From positions 1,081 through 65,080 of the forward strand of contig JAGVZI010000020.1 in NCBI GenBank assembly GCA_018302705.1: DNA of 64,000 bases. Direction: 5' to 3'. How positions within the stretch are numbered: position 1 is the stretch's first letter; the number at the start of each line of letters is the position of its first letter. The position numbers were made by a program, and so were the translations under genes. Below, piece after piece: positions 18,127 to 27,330 of this stretch. The stretch is from Candidatus Woesearchaeota archaeon. GTDB lineage: Archaea > Nanobdellota > Nanobdellia > SCGC-AAA011-G17 > ARS1403. The notes beneath the pieces were generated by a model. That model did no database searches, was not told the origin of the DNA, and saw only the letters and a program-made list of their open reading frames with translations.

Positions 18127-18792
18127 ATGAAAATTCTCTTGGATAATCGCGAAAGAAGCTCGGGGATAAAGAAGGAATTAATCAAGCAGGGGTTGGAAGT
18201 CTTTGAGCAGCAGCTGACATCGGCAGATTTCATAATAAAAACAAAAACTCTCGACGGCAGGATACTAACACTAGGAATAGAAAAGAAGACAATAAATGAT
18301 TTCCTAAACTCAATCATAGACAAGAGGATTATCTCGCAGCTAATTGAAATGAAGCGCCATTTCGATCTTCCTATCTTAATAATAGAAGGCACAGAAAATA
18401 TTTATGCAGTGCGCAACTTCCATCCAAACTCAATCAGGGGCATGCTCGCATCTATTGTAATCGATTTTCAAACGCCAATACTCTACACAAGGAATATAAG
18501 AGATACTGCTAACCTGCTGGCAGTCATAGCAAGAAGATTGGAAAAGCCAAGATCGCTTCCAAGTTTGTTAAAAAAGCGAAAACCATTGACATTAAAACAA
18601 CAGCAGGAATTTTTAATAGAATCCTTGCCAGGCATAGGCCCTCAAATCTCAAGGAGTTTGCTGACAAGATTCGGAACGATTAAAAACCTAGTGAATGCAA
18701 AGGAAGAAGAATTGATGCAAATAGAAAAAATAGGAAAGATAAAGGCAAGCCAGATTAAAAAAGTTTTAGAGGAAAATTACAAAGAAGATTGA
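18127..18792 (+). CDS. ERCC4/XPF structure-specific nuclease with HhH
   Basis: DNRE, ADF, IEKKTINDF, LIIEG; C-terminal LPGIGP HhH. Confidence 0.9.
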   Translation: MKILLDNRERSSGIKKELIKQGLEVFEQQLTSADFIIKTKTLDGRILTLGIEKKTINDFLNSIIDKRIISQLIEMKRHFDLPILIIEGTENIYAVRNFHPNSIRGMLASIVIDFQTPILYTRNIRDTANLLAVIARRLEKPRSLPSLLKKRKPLTLKQQQEFLIESLPGIGPQISRSLLTRFGTIKNLVNAKEEELMQIEKIGKIKASQIKKVLEENYKED

Positions 18793-18850
18793 AGATAGAA
18801 AGAAACAAACTTGAGAAAATTTTAAATATAAGTTCTTTAAAAAAGAGAGT

Positions 18851-19108
18851 ATGGCGAAGCAAAATCCGACAGAAAATTCTCTGGACTTGGAATATAATGC
18901 CTTGCGCGGGCAGCTTAGGATCATAAAAGAAAAGTCTGAAGGACTGCGTCGAGATTTAGATAGCACTCTAAGAAAGATCAATGCACTCTCGAAGAGGGAG
19001 CAAATTTCAGACAACTACAAAAGAGCAGCAGAAAAAGAAACCAATCGGCTTATTGCTAAAATAGAAAAAATCCTGGATATTCTGGATCAAAGCCGCAATA
19101 GTCAATAG
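18851..19108 (+). CDS. Coiled-coil hypothetical protein
   Basis: ORF track. Confidence 0.55.
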   Translation: MAKQNPTENSLDLEYNALRGQLRIIKEKSEGLRRDLDSTLRKINALSKREQISDNYKRAAEKETNRLIAKIEKILDILDQSRNSQ

Positions 19109-19116
19109 ATATAGTG

Positions 19117-19206
19117 CTAAAAATGCATATGTATTCTCTTCATGCATTTCTTGCATAACTTCTTTTCTTTCTCCTCTAACTCTCTTCCGCAATTTTCACA
19201 TTTCAT
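19117..19206 (-). CDS. 29-aa CxxC...CxxC zinc-finger microprotein (absent from ORF track)
   Basis: MKCENCGRELEEKEKKLCKKCMKRIHMHF*; ATGA overlap with thpR stop. Confidence 0.55.
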   Translation of the reverse strand: MKCENCGRELEEKEKKLCKKCMKRIHMHF

Positions 19207-19721
19207 GAATATTCCCCAAGAGTTTCATATCTTGCTCCCTTCTCAGTCAGCTCGCTTTTAATTAATTTAAAGCAATCTACTCTAAAGCCTTCATCAATCT
19301 GCAAATTAGAAATCTCCATAAGCTTATTTTTATCCTTCACAGCTTTAATCCTCCCGAGAGTAATATGCGGCTCAAATCTTTTCTCCCTCTCAAACAAGGC
19401 TATCAAAGCATCATCAATGTTCTCCTTTAACTTAATAATCTTTCTTTTAGGCATGATGCCTATCCAGACAACGCGAATAAAATTCTCTATTTTCGGAAAA
19501 AACTCAATCTTGTCAAGTTTTAATTTAAAAGGCTTAAACCTGACATTAGACAAATCCTTTTTCACCCTCTCTAATTTAGATTCAGAAACGTCCCCTAAAA
19601 ATTTTAATGTAAGATGATAGTCATTTGGCACGATTATTTTAGCAATGCTTTCATGAAAATTTATCTTTCTTAAATCCTCTTTGATTTTCTCCGGCAGTTC
19701 AATTGCTATAAAGCACCTCAT
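19203..19721 (-). CDS. thpR: RNA 2',3'-cyclic phosphodiesterase (2H family)
   Basis: Start MRCFIAIELP at 19721; two HxT motifs (YHLTLKFLG, PHITLGR). Confidence 0.9.
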   Translation of the reverse strand: MRCFIAIELPEKIKEDLRKINFHESIAKIIVPNDYHLTLKFLGDVSESKLERVKKDLSNVRFKPFKLKLDKIEFFPKIENFIRVVWIGIMPKRKIIKLKENIDDALIALFEREKRFEPHITLGRIKAVKDKNKLMEISNLQIDEGFRVDCFKLIKSELTEKGARYETLGEYS

Positions 19722-19771
19722 CCTTGTCAGTAATACAAAGGCTTTTAAATCCTTTACTTTCAATTCTGCCA

Positions 19772-20836
19772 ATGACAGACCCAAGGATAAAGGAAGTCGC
19801 AAGAATTCTAGTAGAATACTCAAATGAGATAAAGAAAAATGACAAGGTAGTAATAGAAGCATCCCCGGAAGCAGCGCCTCTAGTAAAAGAGATCTACAAG
19901 ATTTGCATCCAAAAAGGGGCATATCCGCGAGTTAACATGGGAGTCCCGGGATTAACAAAAATTTATTATGATCATGCATCAAAAGAGCAACTGGACCATT
20001 TTCCAGAATTGACAATGCACGAAATAGAACATAGTGATGCATTTTTCTCAATAGGAGCCCCGTCAAATACAAGAGAATTGACAAATGTAGATCCAAAAAA
20101 AATAGCTTTAAGATCAAAGATTACAAAGCCAATTTCAGATGGAATATTAGAGAAACGCTGGGTTGTCTTCTACTACCCAAATAACGCTCAGGCTCAAGAG
20201 GCAGACATGTCTCTGGAAGAATTCGAAGACTTTGTTTTCTCAGCCACGATACAGGATTGGAAAAAAATCTCAAGAGAGCAGGATAAGCTGAAAGAAATCC
20301 TCGACAAGGGAAAGGAAGTTAGAGTCATAGGAAAAAATACAGATATAATGTTTTCAATAAAGGGAAGAAAGGCGGAAAAAGGGGACGGAAAAAATAACAT
20401 GCCATGCGGAGAAGTTTTCATAGCGCCACTGGAAAAAACAACACAAGGCCATATAGAATTTTCATTCCCGGCAATAAGGGTAGGAAGAGAAGTTGATGGG
20501 ATAAAACTAAAATTTAAAGACGGAAAAGTAATAGAAGCATCAGCAGTAAAAGGAGAAAAATATCTTAAAGAATGTTTGGAAATGGACAACGGAGCAAAAT
20601 ACCTTGGAGAATTCGGGATCGGATTTAACAGGAACATTCAGAGATTTGTCAAGAACATTTTATTCGACGAGAAAATTTCAGGGACAATCCATCTGGCGCT
20701 GGGCAGGGCATACAAAGAAGGCGGAGGAACAAACGAATCAGCATTGCATTGGGACATGATAAAGGATTTAAGGCAGGAAGGAAAAGTCATTGTCGACGGT
20801 AAAACTATCCAAGAGAATGGAAAATTTTTAATCTAA
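19772..20836 (+). CDS. Aminopeptidase, peptidase family M29
   Basis: Start MTDPRIKEVA; NMPCGEVF, LGEFGIG, LFDEKI, HLALG, HWDMI. Confidence 0.92.
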   Translation: MTDPRIKEVARILVEYSNEIKKNDKVVIEASPEAAPLVKEIYKICIQKGAYPRVNMGVPGLTKIYYDHASKEQLDHFPELTMHEIEHSDAFFSIGAPSNTRELTNVDPKKIALRSKITKPISDGILEKRWVVFYYPNNAQAQEADMSLEEFEDFVFSATIQDWKKISREQDKLKEILDKGKEVRVIGKNTDIMFSIKGRKAEKGDGKNNMPCGEVFIAPLEKTTQGHIEFSFPAIRVGREVDGIKLKFKDGKVIEASAVKGEKYLKECLEMDNGAKYLGEFGIGFNRNIQRFVKNILFDEKISGTIHLALGRAYKEGGGTNESALHWDMIKDLRQEGKVIVDGKTIQENGKFLI

Positions 20837-21478
20837 AACAATTAATTCTTTTGAAAGGTTTGTTAATACTTCAACTTTGTTTCCTTTTAACAGCACTGTG
20901 TCTTCAATTCTAACTCCTTTATTTTTACTATACCATCCGGGCTCGATTGTAACTACGTCATTGTCTTTAAAATTATATTTAGATTTAGCAGAAATCCAAG
21001 GAGGTTGATGTATCCTCTTCCCAACTCCATGTCCCAAGCTATGCCTGAACTTTTTCCTATCATTTCCATATCCATCCCTTATCATCGCATCCAACTCAAA
21101 ACAATTCATTCCTATTTTAATTTCTCTCAAAGCGGTTTCATGTAAATTCAAAATCAATTGATATAATTCCAAATCCTTCCTACTAGGTTTCCCCTTATAC
21201 AACATTCTTGTAACATCGCTGCAATAATTATCGTACTTAACTCCAAAATCCACGATGATAAATTTGTCCAATCTGGTTTCATTTGATTTGTGATGTATCT
21301 CCAAAAAATTATTCCCAGAAACTATCAGCGGTGGAAATGCAAGTTTACAATTTTTCTCTTTTGCTTTTTTCCTCAAATATTCAGCAATTTCAATTTCAGT
21401 TCCAAAATTAAAATTGTCAAAGCATTCTTTCAAAATTTCGCAGCTAGTCTTACAAGCTTCTCTTATATTATCAATCAT
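20828..21478 (-). CDS. M24 family (Xaa-Pro) peptidase, catalytic domain only
   Basis: DFG...YCSDVTR, HSLGHGVG, TIEPG, GVRIED. Confidence 0.9.
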   Translation of the reverse strand: MIDNIREACKTSCEILKECFDNFNFGTEIEIAEYLRKKAKEKNCKLAFPPLIVSGNNFLEIHHKSNETRLDKFIIVDFGVKYDNYCSDVTRMLYKGKPSRKDLELYQLILNLHETALREIKIGMNCFELDAMIRDGYGNDRKKFRHSLGHGVGKRIHQPPWISAKSKYNFKDNDVVTIEPGWYSKNKGVRIEDTVLLKGNKVEVLTNLSKELIVLD

Positions 21479-22845
21479 TAGGATGTAGGGGCGGTGATTT
21501 TGCAGTTTCTAATCAGAATAGGGGGGGTTAAAGTGGGGATTCTAGCCTCCCAACTTCGTAAATATCGTGCTTTATTCCCGACGCAGTCTACATTTTTAAG
21601 AAGTCTTAAAATATTCTCGCTGATCCTTATATTTTTCAGACTCCCAATAACTTTCCCGTTTTTGATTAAAAATGTCCCGTCTCTGGGGATTGTAGAAAAA
21701 TCTCCGCTATGATAATTTGCAAATCTTGTATACCACACATTTGTAACATAAATTCCGTTTTTAACTTCTTTGATCATCTCAGGGAGGCTTAATCTCCCTC
21801 TTTCAACAACAATGTTCCACGGGCCGGGGCTGATTAATCCTGCATTTCCAGTGCTCTCAACTTTGTATTTTCTGGCAGTAGAAGTATTATGCAAGTATTG
21901 CTTAAAAATTCCCTTCTCAATTAAAACATTCCTCCTTGTTGCAACGCCCTCGTCGTCTGCTTTAGTAGAATTAACCCCTCCGTCCAATCTTCCGTCGTCA
22001 TAGAGAGTAATATCCGGGCTTCCAACTTTCTTCCCTTGTCTGCCTGCAAAGAAACTCAAGCCTGCTTCGACAGAAAAAATAGAAGCACCCTCTCCAACAA
22101 TATTAAGAAGGGGGATTATCGCCATCGGCCCGAAGATAATATCGTAATTTCCTTTACTTCCCTTAGAAGGATTCCTGCTATCCTTGGCAATCTTCCCGGC
22201 GGTTTTTCCAGCTTCCTCGACATTAAACTTTTTCAAGCTCGTGCTTAATGAATTCATGTGCCCGCTCTCATCTTCTTCTATAAGGCTTCTGATAGAAAAA
22301 TAAAGCTCGCTTCTTTTTTCATTGAACATAATCTCATTAGAGGTCAAAACAGTGCTTTTCACGTCATGAACCTCTAAGATACCATTTGTTCTCCTGGCTC
22401 CTTCTTTGAGGGCTGCATTAATCCCTCTTTCAGCATAATCAACCTCGTCGATATTAATCGCTTTGGGGTCATAAGTGTTCCCGATTTCTTTATACTTGAA
22501 TTTTTTTTCATTAATCCCGTAATAATCTTTTTTCGGTTGCATTAGTTTCAAGAATTCAAAAATTTTCCTGACAAGTTTGTCCATGCCTTTCTTATTCGGC
22601 TCAAGAAAATCTCCCCTCTCATTAGAAAGCCCGCTTTCCCCAATAAGGTCATGGCAGTTAGTAGTTAAAATTTTTTTATCCTTTACAACAAATATCCCTA
22701 TATTTCTTAGCTCCTCCACTCCGGTTTTAACAATTTTATTATTGGCAAATTTTATCTGCCTAGAGTGGTTTGCAGAAAAGGTCAAGACAGCATCGTCTAT
22801 TTTTTTCTGTTTCAATTTTTTCATCAAATATTCTAAAGTTTCCAT
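21478..22845 (-). CDS. pmbA: TldE/PmbA family protein
   Basis: DDEGV, STGNAG motifs; paired with TldD. Confidence 0.85.
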   Translation of the reverse strand: METLEYLMKKLKQKKIDDAVLTFSANHSRQIKFANNKIVKTGVEELRNIGIFVVKDKKILTTNCHDLIGESGLSNERGDFLEPNKKGMDKLVRKIFEFLKLMQPKKDYYGINEKKFKYKEIGNTYDPKAINIDEVDYAERGINAALKEGARRTNGILEVHDVKSTVLTSNEIMFNEKRSELYFSIRSLIEEDESGHMNSLSTSLKKFNVEEAGKTAGKIAKDSRNPSKGSKGNYDIIFGPMAIIPLLNIVGEGASIFSVEAGLSFFAGRQGKKVGSPDITLYDDGRLDGGVNSTKADDEGVATRRNVLIEKGIFKQYLHNTSTARKYKVESTGNAGLISPGPWNIVVERGRLSLPEMIKEVKNGIYVTNVWYTRFANYHSGDFSTIPRDGTFLIKNGKVIGSLKNIRISENILRLLKNVDCVGNKARYLRSWEARIPTLTPPILIRNCKITAPTS

Positions 22846-22846
22846 T

Positions 22847-24247
22847 TTAACCTAACTTTATATCCTTGATTCTTATGCTCGGACCTCCAAGGAATGCCGG
22901 CACGCCTTGCATAGGCTCACCTTTTCCGCACGTTCCAGTATGGTACTCAATATTTTTGCCAACAGCATCAATGCTATTCCATAAAGCAGGTGTCGTCAAT
23001 TCCAACACGGGTTTTATAACAGGGTATCTTATCTTTCCATTCTTAATAAGATAGGCATCACCGCCAACATATTTCTGTTGAAATCTTTTGTCATCAATGT
23101 TCCATTCAGTATAGTCTCGAATATAAACTCCTAATTTTATGTCTTCAATTAATTCCTCTTCGGAATACTCTCCCGGCAGCAAAAAAGTATTGGCCATTCT
23201 TATAATGGCTTCCTTGTCAAAGTCTTCAGCCCTGGCAGCCCCGTTGCTTTTAACATTCATCTCAGCAGCAGTCTCTCGATTATGCAAGAATTCATTTATC
23301 TTCCCGTCTTTAATCAAAAATCTTCTTCTTGCTTTAACTCCCTCGTCGTCATAAAGATAAAATCCAGCGCTATTCTCCAAAGTAGGATCATCGACGACGT
23401 TTACAATCTCGCTTCCAAGACGATTTCCAATCATGTTCTTATGTATAAAGCTCTCGCCAGCCTGTGCAGCTTCTCTTCCAAATATCCTGTCAGCCTCAAA
23501 GGGATGCCCTACGCTTTCATGCACCATTATCCCGGTTACTTCAGGTCCGACGACGACATCAATTTTTTCTCTTGGAGGTTTTCTCGCGTGCTTCAAATTT
23601 TTTTCAATCGCCTTATACTCATCTAAAATATACTTAGGCAGATTCCATTTCTTAACATGCTCATATCCTCCTGAATTGCAGAGCTGCCAATACTTCTGCG
23701 AACTCTTCCCGTTTATTTTCAGTGTAAGGAAAAATGTAAAATTAGCCCTCGGTATTTCAGAGATAATCCTCGTGCCTTCAGTAGTCAAAAGGGACTTTTT
23801 AGAAATATCAGAGCTCAAACTTAGATATCTCCCGATGGCATTTCTCGCACCAGAGTCTGTTTCATGTAGCAGCTCAATCTTGTCGCTCAGCTTGATGTCT
23901 TTAAATTTTACCTTCTGCATTACTTTATATATCTTCTTATAAGGCAGTTCCTCGGAAAGCCTTACTTTTTCGCTTAACCTATTCCCGTTACGGACTACTC
24001 TAATGGCCTTCATTATATTCTTTTTAATTGAATCTTTTTCAAACCTATTTATAGAAACGAACCCAAGTGAATTGTTTAGCAGAAAGCGTACCCCCATGCC
24101 GATAGAATGATCAAATCCGCTCACTTCAGCAGTTCCATTTTTCAAAATCAACCCCTCTTCTTCATGCTCTTCAAGCCTTACCTCCCCATATTGCACATTA
24201 TTCTTCTCTAAAAATTTTAAAGCAAAATCCGCATATCCATCATACAT
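22847..24247 (-). CDS. tldD: TldD family metalloprotease
   Basis: HESVGHPFEADR, YDDEGV, RMANT, CGKGEPMQ. Confidence 0.92.
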   Translation of the reverse strand: MYDGYADFALKFLEKNNVQYGEVRLEEHEEEGLILKNGTAEVSGFDHSIGMGVRFLLNNSLGFVSINRFEKDSIKKNIMKAIRVVRNGNRLSEKVRLSEELPYKKIYKVMQKVKFKDIKLSDKIELLHETDSGARNAIGRYLSLSSDISKKSLLTTEGTRIISEIPRANFTFFLTLKINGKSSQKYWQLCNSGGYEHVKKWNLPKYILDEYKAIEKNLKHARKPPREKIDVVVGPEVTGIMVHESVGHPFEADRIFGREAAQAGESFIHKNMIGNRLGSEIVNVVDDPTLENSAGFYLYDDEGVKARRRFLIKDGKINEFLHNRETAAEMNVKSNGAARAEDFDKEAIIRMANTFLLPGEYSEEELIEDIKLGVYIRDYTEWNIDDKRFQQKYVGGDAYLIKNGKIRYPVIKPVLELTTPALWNSIDAVGKNIEYHTGTCGKGEPMQGVPAFLGGPSIRIKDIKLG

Positions 24248-24279
24248 AGGATAAAAGTATCTTGAAGGATTAATAAAGA

Positions 24280-25296
24280 TTATGGATAAGCTTCTTTCAG
24301 CAGTTTTTCTTTCTTCTCAAATTTTCTTCTAACCGGTTCTAATATAGTATTCAATTCTCTACTCACGCTTTGTTTTAAATCCATGGGGTGTAATTTCTTG
24401 ACCGCAAAATCCTTTTTCAATTCGCTAAAATTATTATAATTAATATCGCCACCAAATCTCTTTGCCCTTTCAATTTTCAATTTTCCTTTATAGGGAAACA
24501 AAAAATATTCGCAAAAAGCTAATACTCCATTATCCTTGACTTCGCCTTCTTTGCAATATGCGCTATTCACTTTTCTTGCAACTTCTTTCTCATCATCAAG
24601 CAAATCTATTTTACTTTTAGCATCGCTTGCACTCATCTTCCCTCCAGTTAATCCCGGTAATAGGGGAGTCATCACCTCAACCCGGGATTTATAACTAAGC
24701 TTAGGCAGATATTCTCTAGCCATCACAAGAATTTTTCTCTGGTCCATCCCTCCATATTGGACATCAACATCCAAATATTGCTCATCAAGAGCCTGCATTA
24801 TAGGGTAGATTAAAGTGCTGACTTTCGGATTTTCTATTCGACAAACCTCAGAAGCAGAATGTAATGCTCTTTTAGTCGTCAGCTCAGTACTCATTCTCAG
24901 CACATCAGAGATATATTCGCTAGTTAACTGGAAATCGCTTCCTCTAATGAACCCCAACCCAGAAGTATCTATCTTTAAACTCTCAAAAACCCCTTTCACA
25001 ATCTCCTCATAATATATGCTTCTAGCATCAAGCAAATGCCAAGGGCTTTTTCTATCATCCAGATGAGCATGCAAATTAGCAATCAAGAATTTAAATTTAA
25101 ATCCTGCTTTCAAAAAATCTCCAATTTTCAAAATAGGGATTAAATGACCGGCATGCAATCTCCCGGTCGGGGCGTATCCAACATAAGCAATAGGGGATTT
25201 TTTTTCTTCTAGCAATTTCCTAAGCTCTTCTCTCGTTAGAATCTCAGCAGTATTTCTCGCAACCAGATCAAATCTTTCTTTCGAGTTCATAATCAA
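24280..25296 (-). CDS. tyrS: Tyrosine--tRNA ligase (archaeal type)
   Basis: YAPTGRLHAGH, YPIMQALD, GGMDQRK, KMSAS, LHPMDLK. Confidence 0.95.
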   Translation of the reverse strand: MIMNSKERFDLVARNTAEILTREELRKLLEEKKSPIAYVGYAPTGRLHAGHLIPILKIGDFLKAGFKFKFLIANLHAHLDDRKSPWHLLDARSIYYEEIVKGVFESLKIDTSGLGFIRGSDFQLTSEYISDVLRMSTELTTKRALHSASEVCRIENPKVSTLIYPIMQALDEQYLDVDVQYGGMDQRKILVMAREYLPKLSYKSRVEVMTPLLPGLTGGKMSASDAKSKIDLLDDEKEVARKVNSAYCKEGEVKDNGVLAFCEYFLFPYKGKLKIERAKRFGGDINYNNFSELKKDFAVKKLHPMDLKQSVSRELNTILEPVRRKFEKKEKLLKEAYP

Positions 25297-25337
25297 AACA
25301 AAAACACCTTTAAATATAAAATTATCCTTTCTAGATA

Positions 25338-25682
25338 ATGCAAGACCGGAATTTATTCAAGATTTCTTTGATAATGTCCACTATAGGAACATTCCTCATT
25401 CTCTTATTGTCAGAATATTCAGAAGTCGAATTAACAAATATAGGGGACCTTAACAAAAATCAACTTGAAATGAAAGTGAAAGTAAGTGGGACAGTAATCT
25501 CTGCAAGGGAAACCCCCGGGCTTTATATCCTGAGTATAAGGGATTCAACGGCAACAATCCCTATAGTAATCTTCAAGGAAGATCCGTTATCGATAGGAAG
25601 GAATGCACAAATAGAAGTTACTGGAAAACTTACAGAATACAAAAATGAGTTGGAAATAATCGCTGAGATAATAAGAATATGA
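25338..25682 (+). CDS. Membrane-anchored OB-fold protein
   Basis: N-terminal TM; IRDSTATIPIVIF...IEVTGKLTEY OB pattern. Confidence 0.75.
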   Translation: MQDRNLFKISLIMSTIGTFLILLLSEYSEVELTNIGDLNKNQLEMKVKVSGTVISARETPGLYILSIRDSTATIPIVIFKEDPLSIGRNAQIEVTGKLTEYKNELEIIAEIIRI

Positions 25683-26875
25683 TAGTAGAAATAATCATTG
25701 CAGTATTAGTTGGAATAATCGGCGGTGTATTCAGCGGGCTTACGCCGGGGATCCATACAAACTTATTAGTTACATTATTATTCTCGGCGTCTCCCTTTTT
25801 GCTAACATTCACAACCCCGTTAGTTATCTCTACCCTAATAGTTTCAATGGCTATAACACATACATTTCTCAATGTTCTTCCAGCAGTTTATCTTGGCGCC
25901 CCAGATAGCGAAGGAAAAATATTGTCCGTCCTTCCAGGTCACAGGATGTTGCTGCAAGGAAAAGGATATGAAGCAGTTACTCTAACAGTTCTGGGAAGCT
26001 TTCTTGCAATTATCATCGGCATATTATTAACTCCCTTATTGCTGAAATTTCTTCCAGGTTTATATTCATCAATAAAGAATTACATCGGATATCTCCTAGT
26101 AATAATCTCCATATACATGGTTCTGAGGGAAAGAAAAAAGTTCTGGGCGTTTTTTATTTTCATATTGGCAGGAATCTTTGGATTAGGCGTTTTAAACCTA
26201 AATATCAAAGAGCCCCTCTTCCCTTTGTTAAGTAGCCTATTCGGGGTTGCAGGTTTATTGATCAGCTTAAAAGACAATGTAAAAATCCCAAAGCAGATAA
26301 TAGAAAAGATAACGATACCAAAAAAAGAAGTTGCAAAGGCAATGAGCAGCGCAGGCATCGTCGGAACTTTCGTAAGTTTAATGCCCGGCCTAGGTCCAGC
26401 GCAAGCAGCAATTATCGGTAGCCAATTAATAAAATTAACAGATAAAGGTTTTTTAATTCTCGTTGGCTCTCTGGAAACTCTCGGCATGATAACAAGTTTC
26501 ATCGCAATATTCTCCATTCAAAAAGCAAGGAATGGAGCTGTAGTCGTAATAAGCAGGCTGATGGAAACTATAACTCAGAAGGATTTGATCTTATTTTTAA
26601 TCGTCGCATTTATTGCAGGATTAATCGCAGTATTTCTTAGCTTAAGTTTTGCAAAAATTTTCTCCTCACTAATCACAAAAGTAAATTATCAAAAATTATG
26701 CATTGCAATAATAATCCTGATAGTTGGAATGGCCCTCTGGTTGTCCTCTTATCTTGGGCTTTTTGTTTTAATCATCGGGAGTTTTATCGGTATGCTTCCT
26801 TCATTGGTAGGAATCGGAAAAAATCATTTGATGGGCTGTTTATTATTGCCAATTATTTTATTCTTCTTATTATAG
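25679..26875 (+). CDS. TctA-like tripartite tricarboxylate transporter permease family protein
   Basis: GLTPGIH, PAVYLGAPD, LPGHRMLLQGKG, MPGLG motifs. Confidence 0.85.
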   Translation: MIVEIIIAVLVGIIGGVFSGLTPGIHTNLLVTLLFSASPFLLTFTTPLVISTLIVSMAITHTFLNVLPAVYLGAPDSEGKILSVLPGHRMLLQGKGYEAVTLTVLGSFLAIIIGILLTPLLLKFLPGLYSSIKNYIGYLLVIISIYMVLRERKKFWAFFIFILAGIFGLGVLNLNIKEPLFPLLSSLFGVAGLLISLKDNVKIPKQIIEKITIPKKEVAKAMSSAGIVGTFVSLMPGLGPAQAAIIGSQLIKLTDKGFLILVGSLETLGMITSFIAIFSIQKARNGAVVVISRLMETITQKDLILFLIVAFIAGLIAVFLSLSFAKIFSSLITKVNYQKLCIAIIILIVGMALWLSSYLGLFVLIIGSFIGMLPSLVGIGKNHLMGCLLLPIILFFLL

Positions 26876-26910
26876 AAAGATTTAAAAAATTGGATATTTA
26901 GTGAACCATT

Positions 26911-27330
26911 ATGAGTTTAGTATCAAAATTAAAAACAACTGGCAAAGTAATAGCCCATCCATTAATGGGAGTTTTACCTGAACAAGAATGGTTGGGCAAG
27001 AGAGTTTCTTGGTACAACCATTATTATGCCGTGGCTTCCAATGCTGTGCCAGAAATCTTAACAGGATTGGTAATGTCTTCATTAAATCAAAGCGAAGAAA
27101 GTTTGATGTTGGGATTATACCTCGGGGTAGAAGGTGCAACAAGGCTCTCACAATTAAGAGGGGATCCAATTAACCTCTTCATAGGATGGAGCAAACCAAG
27201 AGGATCCTATGTTTTAGAAGTGCCTTGGGGTTTAGCAAAGAGAACAAGTCTGGCAATTTATAGCTTATCGCAAGATATAGCTAATTACTATAACGGAGAT
27301 AATAGAACTTTAAAAGTTGATAAATCCTAG
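26911..27330 (+). CDS. Hypothetical protein
   Basis: ORF track only. Confidence 0.5.
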   Translation: MSLVSKLKTTGKVIAHPLMGVLPEQEWLGKRVSWYNHYYAVASNAVPEILTGLVMSSLNQSEESLMLGLYLGVEGATRLSQLRGDPINLFIGWSKPRGSYVLEVPWGLAKRTSLAIYSLSQDIANYYNGDNRTLKVDKS

